A stretch of DNA of 64,000 nucleotides from assembly GCF_009914755.1 (NCBI RefSeq), contig NC_060927.1; one strand, given 5' to 3'. Below are positions 51,306 through 64,000 of this stretch, piece after piece; position 1 is the stretch's first letter; each line of letters opens with the position of its first letter. The notes beneath the pieces are model-generated. The model saw only the letters and a program-made list of their open reading frames with translations. It ran no database searches and was not told where the DNA came from. The position numbers and the translations under genes are program-made. This DNA is from the human T2T-CHM13v2.0 reference genome, Homo sapiens.

Positions 51306-52810
51306 CAAGGCCAGCCTGGGCAACATAGTGAAACCCCAGCTCCAAAAATATAAAATCACAGAATAGAAGGAAAATCAACTGTCAGATGCTGCTGAGAGAC
51401 TGAATGAGGATTATAAATGGCAAGATACAGGTCTTCAGTGGTCTTTTTATATTAATATAACACATTTTTTAACAATTTTTTTAATGGAGTCAGGGTCTCA
51501 TAGCCACCACACCCAGTTTATTTAACAATCGACGTCAACAATTACCTGGTTACATAGACTTACCAGATTAATTTATCAATTTAGCAGTTAATCAAATTAG
51601 ATTTCTCCTGTTTTAAAAATATTGAATATAAATTTCAATGCTTTTAAAGTCTTAATTAAAACCAAGAATCTATTCTCTTAAATGCTTAAAGTACATTAAG
51701 ACATATCAAACAAACACTTTGCTGTAGTGATTACAACGTTGAATAGTACACTAACATACCATTTATAAATATGTTGATGCTATGGATCTAAATTTGTGTT
51801 TCTTAAAGATATTCAAGAGCTTTATTGAGATACAATTTACATACCAGAAAATCCACCCATTGTAAGACTAGAGTCTGATAATTCGTAGTAAATGTAAACT
51901 GACGTGCACCTATCAATCTGAGGAAGTCTTGACAAGAGTCTTTTGGAGTGCGGAGAGGAAGTCCTCATTGGAGTAAGTTAAAGAGAGAATGGAGAATAAT
52001 ATAGATGTTTCAAGGGTTTTCTTTTTTTTTTTTAATCTCTTAAGGGTATTGGGGGAAGGTAGTAAGGAGAAGGAGATTAAGAGGGATTATGTCTAAAATG
52101 GTAATTGTTTCATCTTGTTTGTGTTCAGAGAAAATCTGGAGGGATAGCTTGTCTGATTCCTTCTGTTTAGATAATAAAGGATGAAAAGACATCATTTAAG
52201 AAATGGAAACTAGCAAATGTAAACTTTTATGTAGTTTTTAAGGTTTTTTCTTCTGGTGAGTTACTTGCATTTCATTGGGAGAAAAATCTTCCTTTAAATG
52301 TTATTGATAATCAATTATTAAGTAGGTGAAGCAGTCTGGTTCCTTTTTCCTCACATTGCTTTAGAAATTAATACGAATGCTAATGAAAAGGCAAGGAATA
52401 TAAAAACCAACAACATATTAATGACCCTGAGGTCGAAGTATGAATATCACAAGGGCAAAAATAGTTCTACACATTGGGCATTTCAGTGGATATTGGTTAC
52501 TCCTTGACAAAAGATGGCACTCCTTATGCAGAAACACGCTGGATTTCCCAAAGAAGCGTATAAACTAGAGCAGGTTCTCTTAAATCTTTGAATGAATGCA
52601 CTGAGTTAGTTTTGGCTGTTACTGCTCTTGGAATGTCTTTTTGTTTGCATTTTTCCAATTTACCTCCTTGTTGACATATCAATATTTAAAAGAAATCTCC
52701 CCCCCAGATTTTTGACCTACAATAGTATAATCTCAAATATTGGATTAATTGGTCAGAGCATCCATTTAAACATTTTGATTTTTATAATGTCCTGCTTATT
52801 AACCAGCTCA

Positions 52811-53120
<310 letters not shown>

Positions 53121-53302
53121 TCCAGCTCAAATTTTTTTAACCAGCCTTCAATGCTCAGCCAAGCCATTAATACCTCTGCCTTGCCTTTTATCTCCTGCTT
53201 GCATTCTTAAGGTCAGCTAGACTGAGTTTAGGGCCTTCTCAGATCTTCCCTGAGCAGGTGTGTGGTTTTGGGCATGTACCTAGCCTTGTGCCTGTGCCAT
53301 GT

Positions 53303-53662
53303 TGTATTAGTCTTTCTCATGCTGCTCATAAAGACATACCTGAGACTGGGTAATTTATAAGGGAAAGAGGTTTAATGGACTTACAGTTCCACATGGCTGA
53401 GGAGGCCTCACAATCATGGTGGAAAGCAAAAGGGAAGCAAAGGCACATCTTATGTGGCAGCAGACAAGGGCTTGTGGAGGGGAACTCCCTTTATAAAACC
53501 ATCAGATCTCGTGAGACTTATTCACTATCATGAGAACGGCATGAGAAAGACCCGCCCCCATGATTCAGTTACCTCCTATTGGGTCCCTCCCACAACACAT
53601 GGGAATTATGGGAGCTACAATTCAAGATGAGATTTGGGTGGGGACACAGCCAAATCATATCA
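53303..53662 (-). mobile_element. THE1 (MaLR) solo LTR
   Basis: tgtattagtc...gggacacagccaaatcatatca is the reverse complement of a THE1 LTR; TSD catgt/catat. Confidence 0.92.
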
Positions 53663-54300
53663 CATATTTTCTAGATTCTTAAGAATATGCTTCAGCTTTT
53701 CAAAGCCTCCTTTAGTATTTTCCAGATTTTTTAAAGCTTTTTGTTGGCTTATTGTTACTTCAGCTGTTACATACCAAGTCAGGAGATCATGATGTTAAAC
53801 AGTTGCCTCTGATAGTTTTCAACAGTTGGCCCTGGAAAAAAGGCTGGGTGAATTCTGAATCAGGTCAAATGAGGACATTTTGTCAGTGGATCTTCCTGAC
53901 ACCATACAGGTGACATTTTCTAAAAATGAAGATTTATAGAAGCTCTGACTCTAAACTCCACCCCCACCCCCTTGCCCCCACTGACTATTGGGCTGCCGGT
54001 TTTCACTGTGATTATGTGTTACTGATGTTCAAGGCTACTATGGAGCTTGAGGGGGTGAGGCGATGAGAATAGGAGAAGTTGAAATGCCAAAAAGCTTATT
54101 GTTTTACCAAGATTCAGTTTTTCTTGAATACACAGCCCCAGATTTTGTCAGCCTTCTCTTTCCCCTTATAGAAAGGATTTTCAGAGGTTCTTACTCCACT
54201 ATTTTTGCTGACATTGCTATGTGTCATCTTGTCATGTATTTTCTGTGTTTATCAAGCCCTATTTGGCAATAATTATATTTTACAAGTAGTAAGTGTGTAG

Positions 54301-55254
<954 letters not shown>

Positions 55255-57554
55255 TGTATTAGTCCATTTTCATGCTGCTGATAAAGATATACCCAAGACT
55301 GGGCAGTTTACAAAAGAAGGAGGTTTATCAGACTTACAGTTCCACATGGCTGGGGAGGCCTCACAATCCTGGTGGAAGGTAAGGAGGAGCAAGTCACATC
55401 TTACGTGGATGGCAGCAGGAAAACAGAGCTTGTGCAGAGAAACTCCCATTCTTAAAACCATCAGATCTCATAAGACCCATTAACCATCACCAGAGCAGCA
55501 TGGGAAAGACCCACCCCCATGATTCAATCATCTCCCACTGGGTCCCTCCCATAACATATGGGAATTATGGGAGCCACAAGATGAGATTTGGTTGGGGACA
55601 CAGAGCCAAACCATATCATTCTGGCCCCGTCCCTCTCAAATTTCGTATCTTCACATTTCAAAACCAATCATGTCTTCCCAACAGTCCCCCAAAGTCTCAA
55701 CTAATTTCAGCATTAACGCAGTAGTCCAAAGTCTCTTCTGAGACAAGGCAAGTCCCTTCTGCCTATGAGCCTATATAAATCAAAAGCAAGTTAGTTACTT
55801 CCTAGATATAATGGGGGTACAGGCATTGGGTACATACAGCCATTCCAAATTGGAGAAATTGACCAAAACAAAGGAGCTCAGGCTCCATACAAGTCTGAAA
55901 TCCAGTGAGGCAGTCAAATCTTAAAGCTCCAAAATGATCTCCTTTGACTCCGTGTCTCACATCCAGGTCATGCTGATGCAAGAGGTGGGAAGGCATGATT
56001 GGTTCCCATGGTCTTGGGCAGCTCTGCCCCTGTGGCTTTGCAGGGTGCAGCCTCCCTCCTGGCTGCTTTCACAGACTGGCGTTGAGTGTCTGGCTCTTCC
56101 AGGCACACAGCACAGTTGTCAGTGGATCTATCATTCTGAGGTCTAGAGGACAGTGGCCCTCTTCTCACAGCTTCACTAGGCAGTGCCCCAGTAGGAACTC
56201 TGTGTGGGGGCTCTCACCCCACATTTTCCTTCCACACTGCCCTAGCAGAGGTTCTCCATGAGGACCCCACCCCTACAGCAAACTTCAGCCTGGGCATCCA
56301 GGTGTTTCCATACATCTTCTGAAATCTAGGCATAGGTTCCCAAACCTCAATTCTTGACTTCTGTGTACTTGCAGGCTCAAAACCACGTGGAAGCTGTCAA
56401 GTCTTGGGGCTTGCATTCTCTGAAGCCATGGCATGAACTCTGTGTTGGCCCCTTTCAGCCACAGCTGGAGTGTCTGGGATGCAGGGCACCAAGTCCTTAG
56501 GCTGTACACAGCACAGGGACCCTGGGCTCAGCCCTTGAAACCATTTTTTCCTCCTAGGCTTCAGGGCCTGTAGTGGGAGGGGCTGCCACAAAGTTCTCTG
56601 ACATGCCCTGGAGGCATTTTCCCCATTGTCTTGGTGATTAACATTTTGGCTCCTAGTTACTTAAGCAAACTTCTGCAGCTGGCTTGAATTTCTCCTCAGA
56701 AAATGGGATTTTCTTTTCTATTGCATTGTCAGGCTGCAAACTTTCTAAACTTTTATGCTCTGTTTCCCTTTTGAAACTGAATGCCTTTGACAGAACCCAA
56801 GTTACCTCTTGAATGCTTTGCTGCTTAGAAATTTCTTCTGCCAGATACTCTAAATCATCTCTCAAGTTCAAAGTTCCACAAATCTCTAGGGCAGGACAAA
56901 ATGACACCAGTCTCTTTGCTAAAACATAGCAAAAGCCACCTTTGTTCCAGTTCCCAACAAGTTCCTCATCTCCATTTGAGACCACCTTAGCCTGGACCTT
57001 GTTTATATCACTATCAGCATTTTTGTCAAAGCCATTCAGCAAGTCTCTAGGAAGTTCCAAACTTTCCCACATTTTGCTGTCTTCTTCTGAGCCCTCCAAA
57101 CTGTTCCAACCTCTGCCTGTTACCCAGTTCCATATTTGCTTCCACATTTTGGGTATCTTTTCAGCAACACCCCATTCCTGGTACCAGATTACTGGATTAG
57201 TACATTTTTATGCTGTTGATAAAGACATACCCGAGACTGGGCAATTTACAAAATTAAGAGGTTTATTGGACTTACAGTTCCACATGGTTGGGGAGGCCTT
57301 ACAATCCTGGTGGAAGGTAAGGAGGAGCAAGTCACATCTTACATGGATGGCAGCGGGCAAAGAGAGAGCTTGTACAGGGGAACGCCTCGTTAAAACTGCC
57401 ATATCTTGTGTGACCCATTAACTATCATGAGAACAGCATGGGAAAGACCCACCCCCATGATTCAGTAGTCTCCCACTGGGTCCTTCCCATAACACATTGG
57501 AATTATGGGAGCTGCAAGATGAGATTTGGGTGGGGACACAGCAAATCCATATTA
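55255..57554 (-). mobile_element. Full-length THE1 MaLR provirus (5'LTR 57193-57554, internal 55619-57192, 3'LTR 55255-55618); tentatively THE1A-like
   Basis: Two similar LTRs of about 363 bp; purine tract before the 3'LTR; ORF 56653-57147 (GRGWNSLEGSEEDSKMWESLELPRDLLNGFD) is THE1-internal ORF sequence; TSD gcctc (55250-55254) / gtctc (57555-57559). Confidence 0.94.
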
Positions 57555-57862
57555 GTCTCCCAAAATGCTGGGATTACAGGTGTGAGCCATCTTGCTGGCC
57601 AGAGCATCTTTTCATATGCTTACTTGTATATCTTCTTTGGTGAGGTATCTGTTAAGATCTTTGGCTCATTTTTTAATTGGGTTGTTTGTATTTTTATTGT
57701 TGTGTTCTAAGAGTTCTTCATGTATTTTGGATAATAGTCCTTTATTAAATGTGTCTTTTGTAAATAGTTTCTCGTGGCCTGCAGCTGGTCTTTTCATCCT
57801 TCTGATAGTTTCTTTTTCAGAGCAGAAATGTTTAATTTTAATAAAGTCTAGCCTACCAGTTA

Positions 57863-58278
57863 CAGATGGTCCTTGACTTATAATAGTTTGACTTACAATT
57901 TTTCAATTTACCATGGTGTGAGAGTAATAGGCATTCATTAGAAACATATTTCAAATTGTGAATTTTGATATTTTCCCAGGCTAGTGATGTAGTATGATAT
58001 TCTCTTGAGATGCCATGCAGTGGCAGCAAGCTGCAGCTCCACTCAACCACACGATCGTGAGGGTAAACAACTATTGACTAGTACTCTATGTTGCACTGTG
58101 TTGCCAGACGATCTTGCCCAACTGCAGGCTGACATAAATGTTCTGAACACGTTTAAGGGAGGCTAGGGTAGGCTCAGCTATGATGTTCAGTAGTTAGGTG
58201 TAATAAATGCATTTTATATTTAGGGTGTTTTCAACTTATAGTTGGTGTATACCCCCATCATAAGTTGATGAGCATCTG
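57863..58278 (-). mobile_element. MER47 (Tigger5-derived) DNA transposon
   Basis: Inverted termini cagatggtccttgactta / taagttgatgagcatctg; TA at the left flank. Confidence 0.8.
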
Positions 58279-60203
58279 TTTTTCTTTCATAGATCATGCC
58301 TTTGGTGTTGTATCTAAAAAGACATTGCCAAACCCAGAGTCATCTAGATTTTCTCCCATGTTATCCCATAGGAGGTTTATAGTTTTGTGTTTTATATGTA
58401 GGTAGGTCTGTGATACATTTTGAGTTATTTTTTGTGATGGGGTGTAAGGTGTGTGTCTAGATTCTTTTTTTTTTTTTTTCCATGTGGTTGTCCAGTTGCT
58501 ACAGCACGATTTGTTGAACAGATTATCTTTTCTGCATTGTGTTGCCTTTGCCCCATTGTCAAAGATCAGTTGACTAAGGTGGGTCTAATTCTGGGCTTTC
58601 TATTCTGTTCTGTGATATATTTTTTTATTCTCTCACCAACCACACTGTCTTGCTGACTGTAGCTGTACAGTTGGTCTAGAAGTTAGGTAGTGTCAATCCT
58701 CCAACTTTGTCCTTTAATATTATGTTGGCTTATCTGGGTCTTTTGCCTCCCTACAAAAACTTTACAATCAGCTTGTTTTATATCTACACAATACATTGCT
58801 GTGATTTTGATGTGATTGCATTGACTCTATAGGTCAAATTGGGAAAAACTTGACATCTCGACATATTAAGTCCTCCTATCCATGAACAAGAAATATCACT
58901 TTATTTTTAGATTGTCTCCAACTTCTCTCAGCAGTAGTTCTCCATATGTACATCTTGTACACATTTTGTTAGATTTGTACCTAGGTATTTTTGGGTGTTG
59001 CTAATGTGAATGATATTGTATTTTTTTTTAAATTAAAATTTGATAGTATTTGAACATCAATTCAGAAATTTGTCTTGTTGACAAATGTACTTTATTCATA
59101 GATTTTTCTTTCAATTTTTTATGTGATAGAATACATATAAAATTTGCCATTCTGTTTTTAAATGTACAGCTCAGTGGTATTAAATTCCTTCATAATATTG
59201 GCAGTTATCACCACCACTTACCTTCACAATTCTTTTCTTTTATAGAACTGAAACTCTATAACCATCAAACAATAACTCCCCATTTTCTTCTCTCTCCAGC
59301 CCTGCCAGCCACTTTTCTAAGTCCCTCATAAGTAGAGTCATACATTATTTGTCTTTTTGTGATTGGCTTATTCCATTTAGTATAATGCTCTCAAAGTTAC
59401 TCCATGGTGTAGCATGTGTCAGAATTTCCTTCCTCTTTAAGGTTGAATAATATTTCATTGTATGTAGCATATACTACATTTTGTTTATCCATTCATCCAT
59501 GGATGGACACTTGGATTGCATCCACATTTTAGCTATTGTGAATAATGCTGTTATGTACATGAGTGTACAACTATTTCTTCAGTTCCCTGCTTTTAATTCT
59601 TTTGGGTGTATAGCCAGAATTGAATTGCTGGATTCTTTTGGGTATATATCCAGAATTGAATTGCTGGATCTAATAATTCTCTTTTAATTTTTTTAAGTAA
59701 CTGCCATGCTATTTTTTATGGTGGCTGCAGCATGTTACATTCCAATCAGCAATGTAGAAGTCTTTTTTTATCGTCACATGCTCATCAACACTTGTTATTT
59801 TTCTTTTTCGTTGTAAAATAGTAGCCATTCTAATGTATGTGAGGTGGGGTCTCACTGTTTTACTTGCAGTTCTCTAATTATCAGTGATGTTGAGCATCTT
59901 TTCGTGTGCTTATTGGCCATTTGTATATCTTTAGAGAAATGTCTGTTCACATCATCTGCCCATTTTTAAACTTGGTTGTTTGTTGTTGAGTTTTAGAATT
60001 ACCTGTATATTCTGTATATTAATTTCTTATCAGGGCTGGGCACGGTGGCTCATGCCTGTAATCCCAGCACTTTGGGAGCCCAAGGTGGGCGGATCATGAG
60101 GTCAAGAGATGGAGACCATCCTGGCCAACATGGTGAAACCCCGTCTCTAAAAATACAAAAATTAGCCAGGCATGGTGGTGTGTGCCTGAGTCTCAGCTAC
60201 TCA

Positions 60204-60347
<144 letters not shown>

Positions 60348-60681
60348 TTATCAGATATGATTTTCAGATTATTTTGTCCCATTCCAGAAGTTGCCTTTTT
60401 ACTCTGTTGATGTTGTCCATCTATGAAATTCAGTCTATTTTTTTTGTTTCCTGTGCCTTTGATGTCATATTTAAGAAATCATTGCTAAATCCATTGTTGT
60501 GCAGCTTTTGCCCTGTGTTTTCTTCTAAAAGTTTTATAGTTTTAGGTCTTCCATTTAGGTCTTTGATCTATTTTGAGTTAATTTTTTAATATGGTGTTAG
60601 GTGAGAGTCCAATTTCCTTCTTTTGCCTGTGGATATCCAGTTTTCCCAGTATCATTCATTCAAAAGACTGTCCTTTTTTTT

Positions 60682-61110
60682 TTTTACTGAAACACCAGGG
60701 TATTCTGTCTAGGTCCTGCTGCTGCTTGGTGCACAGAAAGCCAATCACTGAGACAAGTGTGGCCAAGAAACAAGGCTTTAAGTCTGGTGCTGCAGCCAAG
60801 GAGATAGGAGCTCAGTCTCAAATCCATCTCCCTGACTGACTAAAACTAGGGCTTTATATAGCAGGGAGGAAACATAACAATATGTAAGAAAATAAAAACT
60901 AGAGAGGGGTAAGGAAGCATCTGGTGCTGTGATCTGATGAGTTCCAGTTATTTGATTCTTTTTTTTTTTTTTTTTAATAGGCCTGAAGGTCCTTTCCTGA
61001 GGGAAGGAACTCAGATAAAACAAATATGAGTTTCAAGCTTTAACAGCAGAAGGGTCAATTTCCATGTTTATCCAAAAACAACTATCTGTGGGACTCTTGG
61101 GTTGGTTTCA
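60682..61110 (-). mobile_element. ERV1-class solo LTR (tentatively LTR26-like) inside the nested L1
   Basis: Minus strand begins tgaaaccaacccaagagtcccacagatag; L1 sequence is continuous across it (aaaagactgtcctttt | ttggatgatcttggcactcttgtcaaaaat). Confidence 0.65.
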
Positions 61111-63633
61111 CTTTTTTTTGTTGGATGATCTTGGCACTCTTGTCAAAAATTGAGACTGTATCTGTGAGGATTGTTTCTGCGCTCTCTATTCTGTTTCGTT
61201 GGTCTATGAATATGTCTTGTCTTTATGCGGTACTATGCTGAACTTTGTAGCTTTGTACTATAGTAAATTTGATTACTGTAGCTTTGTAGTAAGTTTGGAA
61301 ATCAGGAAGTGTGAGTCCTCCAGCTTTGCTCCTCTTCTTCAAGATTGTTTTGGCAATTAAGTGTCTCTTAAGATTACATATGAATTTTAGGATGGCTTTT
61401 TTTTTATTTCTGCAAAAAACACCGTTGGATTTGTATAGAGATCACAATGAATCTGTAGATTTCCTTGGGTAGGATCTTAACAATACTAATTCTTCCAATT
61501 CATGAATATGGGGTGTGTTTCCATTTATTTATGATGGGGTGTATTTCCATTTATTTATGATGTCTTTAATTTCAGCATTGTTTTATAATTTTTATTGTAT
61601 AAGTCTTTCACCTGAAGTTAATTCCTAAGTATTATATTCTTTTTGATGCTATTGTAAATAAACTTATAGTTTCTTTTTTTAGATTGTTCATTATTAGTGC
61701 ATAGAAACGTAACTGGTTTTTATGTTAACTTTGTATCCTGCTGCTTTGCTGAATTCAGTTTTTGTAGACTGTAGGGTTTTGTACATGTAAAATCATATCA
61801 TTTGCAAGCAGAAATCGTTTTACTTCTTCCTTTTCAATTTGGATGCCTTTTATTTATTTTCCTTGACTGATTTCTCTGGCTAGAACTTCTAGTACTGTGT
61901 TGAATAGAAGTGGTGAAATTAGGCATCCTTGCCTTTTTCCTGATCTTAGAGAGAAAGCGTTCCTTCTTTCATCACTGTGTATATTTGCTGTGGGTTTTGT
62001 TGCATATGGCTTTTATTATGTTGAGGCAGTTTCCTTCTATTCCTAGTTTAAGTGTTTTTATCATGAAAGGGGTTGAATTTTGTCAAATGCTTTTTCTGCA
62101 TCAATCGAGATGATTGTGTGGCTTCCCCCCCGCCCCACTTTCTTCAGTTTATATGGTGTGTTACATTGGTTTTTCGTCCTTGCATTCCAGGAATAAATCT
62201 CACTTGGTCATGTTGTATAATCCTTTTAATATAAGATATAATCTAATATGTAGAAAACTGTAAAGATGTCACACAAAAAACTGACTTAATAAATGAATTC
62301 AGCAAAGTAGCAGAATGCAAAGTCAACACAGTTTACTGTTATTTCATTGAGGATTTTTGCATTAATTTATAAGTGGTATTAGTCCATGGTTTTCTCATAG
62401 TGCCTTTGTCTAGCTTTGGTGTCAGGCTACTGCTGGCCTCATAGAATGACTTAGGAAGTGTTCCATCTTTAATTCTTTAGAAAAGTTTGAAAAGCAGTGG
62501 TACTAGTTCTTTAAATGTTTGATAGAACTCACCAGTGGAACCATCAGGTGCAGGGCTTTTGTTTGCCAGGAGATTTCTGATTACTGATTCAATCTCCTTA
62601 TTGGTTATAGGTCTATTCAGATTTTCCATTTCCTTGTGATTTCATTCTGATGGGTTTTGTGTTTCTAGGAATTTGTCTGTTTCATCTAGGTTATGGTAAT
62701 TAGGTTTGTAATTTCAAATTCCACTTGTTCATTGCTGGTATACTGGAAAATAATGGAGTTTTTTGTTTTGTTTTGTTTTGTTTTTGACATGGAGTCTTGC
62801 TCTTGTTGCCCAGGCTGGAGTGCCATCTTGGCTCACTGTAACCTCCACCTCCTCCCAGGTTCAAGTGATTTTCCTGCTTCAGCTTCCTGAGTAGCTGGGA
62901 TTCCAGGTGCACACCACCACACCTAGCTAATTTTTAAATTTTTAGTAGAGATGGAGTTTCATCTTGTTGGCCAGGCTGGTCTCAAAGTCCTGACTTCAGG
63001 TCATCCACCCACCTCGGCCTCCCACAGTACTGGGATTACAGGCATGAGCCACCGTGCCCAGCCTAGTCTTATTTATTGACTATGTATCCTGCACCCTATG
63101 TATCCTGCAGTGTTGCTGTGATTGCGTGTTAGTTCCAACAGTGTTTTTATTTATTTGGATTTTCTACGTGGGCAGGCATGTCATCTATGAACAGACAGTT
63201 TTATTTCTTCCTTCCCAATCAGAATACCCTTTATTTCTTTTTCTTGTCTTATTTCATTAGCTAGGCCTTCTATTATGATGTTGAAAAGGAGTGGTAAGGG
63301 GATTTTCTTGCCTTGTTCCTGTTTTCTTGCCTTCTTGCCTTCATGGAGAAACTTCTGGTTTTTCATCCACCATTAGTTAAATTCTTAGATGTAGAGATTT
63401 TGTGGATGTTCTTTATCAAGTTGAAGTTTCCCTCTGTTCCTAGTTTACTGAGAGTTTTTGTCATAAATGACTGTTCAATTTTGTAAAATGTTCTTTCTGC
63501 ACCTATTGATATGATGTGATTTTCTTCTTTTGCCTATGGATGTGATGGTTTATATTGATTTTCAAATGTTGAACCAGGCTTGTGCACCTGGGATAAATCC
63601 TACATGATCGTGGCATATAATTCTTTTTATATA

Positions 63634-64000
63634 CAGTCATGTGTTGCTAAACGATGGGGATACCTTCTGAGAAATGTGTTTGGTGATTTCATTGTTGTAT
63701 GAATATCGTAAAGTGTCCTTATACAAACCGTGACAGCATAAGCCTACTGCACACCTAGGCTATATGGCATAGCTTGTTGCTCCTAGGCTGCAAGCCTGTA
63801 CAGTATGTAACTGTAATGAACACTGTAGACAACTATAACACAACGGTAAGTACTTGTGTATCTCAATGTATCTCAATATAGAAAAAGTACAGTAAAAGTA
63901 TGGTATAAAAGATTTTTTTAAAATGGTACACCTGTGCAGAATACTTACCATAAATGGAGTTTGTAGGGCTGGAAGTTGCTCTGGGTGAGTCAGTAGTGAG
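63634..64000 (+). mobile_element. Tigger3 (Golem/MER7-type) DNA transposon, runs off the window end
   Basis: TA followed by cagtcatgtgttgctaaacgatggggataccttctgagaaatg; also acacctaggctatatgg and ctggaagttgctctgggtgagtcagt. Confidence 0.85.

Noticed and set aside
52505-52565. Peptide DGTPYAETRWISQRSV, reminiscent of the hAT transposase RW motif
   Set aside because: Too short, followed directly by a stop, with no supporting flanking similarity; needs a Dfam or tblastn search.
56653-57147. 164-aa ORF as a domesticated gene
   Set aside because: It is the standard THE1-internal ORF remnant; it appears to leave the consensus frame partway and shows no sign of selection.

Overview
Primate (almost certainly human, by exon translation) genomic DNA from inside ATG7, the autophagy E1-like enzyme gene, on the + strand. 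Five GT-AG coding exons (7113-7307, 9276-9479, 11508-11623, 13354-13429, 28650-28730) join in frame. By my recall of the 703-aa protein they encode about residues 429-652, including the catalytic cysteine (DQQCTV) and both CxxC zinc-ligand pairs. The rest is intron, with no further ATG7 exon recognised after 28730. It holds about 38 Alus, young and old L1s (including an L1 nested in an L1), L2/MIR relics, MaLR and ERV1 LTRs, a full-length THE1 provirus inside an Alu, DNA-transposon relics and microsatellites. Nearly all ORFs in the supplied track are repeat-derived or chance. I found no demonstrable new biological system. The best leads are at the splicing level: candidate stop-containing cryptic exons in the 15-kb intron before the 81-nt exon (two next to UG repeats, one highly structured), Alu-bracketed frame-preserving exons that could form a stop-free circRNA, and a CpG-retaining candidate enhancer near 20.6 kb. 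Exon, TSD and tandem-duplication coordinates were counted by base; old-repeat boundaries and subfamily names are approximate and from memory.
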